A DNA stretch of 63,855 nt, counting the filler, from Pirum gemmata (Eukaryota), in NCBI GenBank assembly GCA_002812295.1. It is 17 parts of 17 records of this genome, joined end to end, with 100 filler letters (N's around TTAATTAATTAA, not from the genome) between each part and the next. Parts side by side here need not be neighbours in the genome. Positions count along the whole stretch, not along the records: positions 60,253 to 63,855 come from PDIN01002299.1; 16 more parts are not named here. One strand, given 5' to 3'. How positions within the stretch are numbered: position 1 is the stretch's first letter; each line of letters begins with the position of its first letter. The position numbers and the translations under genes were made by a program. The notes below the pieces were generated by a model. That model worked only from the letters and a program-made list of their open reading frames with translations, was not told the DNA's origin and did no database searches. Below, one piece after another: positions 62,717 through 63,855 of the stretch.

Positions 62717-62873
62717 TTTGGTTTATTGTATTTTTCGTTCAGTAATATAATTATATATTTGTAGTTAGTTAATGATTACAATTGATAATAATCGGTTTTG
62801 AATGATATTATTATAACACTACTTGGGATTGTTATTATATTTTTTTGTTGTTGTTTTTCTGTATATTTGTTTA

Positions 62874-62936
<63 letters not shown>

Positions 62937-63855
62937 TATTTTTTTTTTTTTTTTTTGACTACAAAAGGTTTGTTTATATACGCATACCAAAATGTTATTC
63001 TTACTTATATATAATACATTATCATAAAACCTAGAATTGAATATTTAAAAAATCTTTTGGTCATATAACACCACTTCGAGTAAGAGCCAAGAATTTAAAA
63101 ATGAAAAGTTATTTATGTGATGCTTGCTTAAATATAAAGATCAATGTTTTGCTGAATATTCCAATGCTAGTGTTAATATTAACGTTAAAATATGATCAAA
63201 AACCATGAGAAATCTCTAGCGCAAACATCTTTAATTAAAAGAACGATATAAATTCAAAAACAGTATTAATATATGCAACATTTTTAGATAACAAAAGATA
63301 TACATGAATGATAGTAAATGTTTGAATGATATATATACTATATTGCTTTCCGTTTATTTTGTCAATCATTATTATTTATTATATTAATTGATTATAGACT
63401 ATTTTATATATTATATATTATTATGTATTATATGGACTCAAATGTGGGCATCAATAATTATTATCATTATCATTATATCATTATCATTATCATTAATTAA
63501 CATTATATCATTACATTTACATTAAATTTTGCACCACACAATAAAAATTTCTCTTCATACTGTTTCAGTATTATTATCATTACCATTTTCATCATCATCA
63601 TTATCATCATCATCGTCACCATGTCATGCAATCAATTACAATATTGAAATTGGGGAACTACATTTACAGTTATTATTTTTTACCATCATTATATTATATA
63701 ATAGCTTCATTTTCACTACTACGTTTCTGTTTTTTTTTTTTCGGTTTTTTTTTCGGTTTTTTCAGTTTTTCCAGTTTTTCCAGCTTTTTCTATTAGTATT
63801 AGTATTAGTATTAGTATTAGTATTGGTATTGGTATTGGTATTAGTATTAGTATTA

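Overview
This is not one locus. It is about 17 unrelated eukaryotic scaffolds of roughly 3.2-5.3 kb, joined by an artificial 100-bp linker (N-run, TTAATTAATTAA, N-run), so synteny is only meaningful between linkers. The source is a very AT-rich, intron-containing (GT-AG) eukaryote. Chitin synthase, a monofunctional SAICAR synthetase and animal-like Pumilio suggest a non-animal opisthokont, possibly an ichthyosporean (inference only). Recognisable genes, mostly partial: chitin synthase with an extra C-terminal LHFPL/claudin-like tetraspan domain, Pumilio (last exon), CTF8 (first exon), SAICAR synthetase (two exons missed by the ORF track), an AAAP amino-acid transporter, a tectonin-repeat protein, a 3-exon secreted Zn-PLC/P1-nuclease-like protein and two secreted Cys-rich proteins. 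Two intronless genes resemble giant-virus (NCLDV) families: a SLATT-like 2TM ORF and a decayed IBR/RING pseudogene. Non-coding DNA holds at least eight MITE families, many interstitial TTAGGG arrays (in introns and one ORF), minisatellites, and a recurring signature of 8-10 bp direct duplications separated by AG/AGT/ACT/AGC/CTAG fillers. All family calls come from motif recognition by eye; no searches were run.
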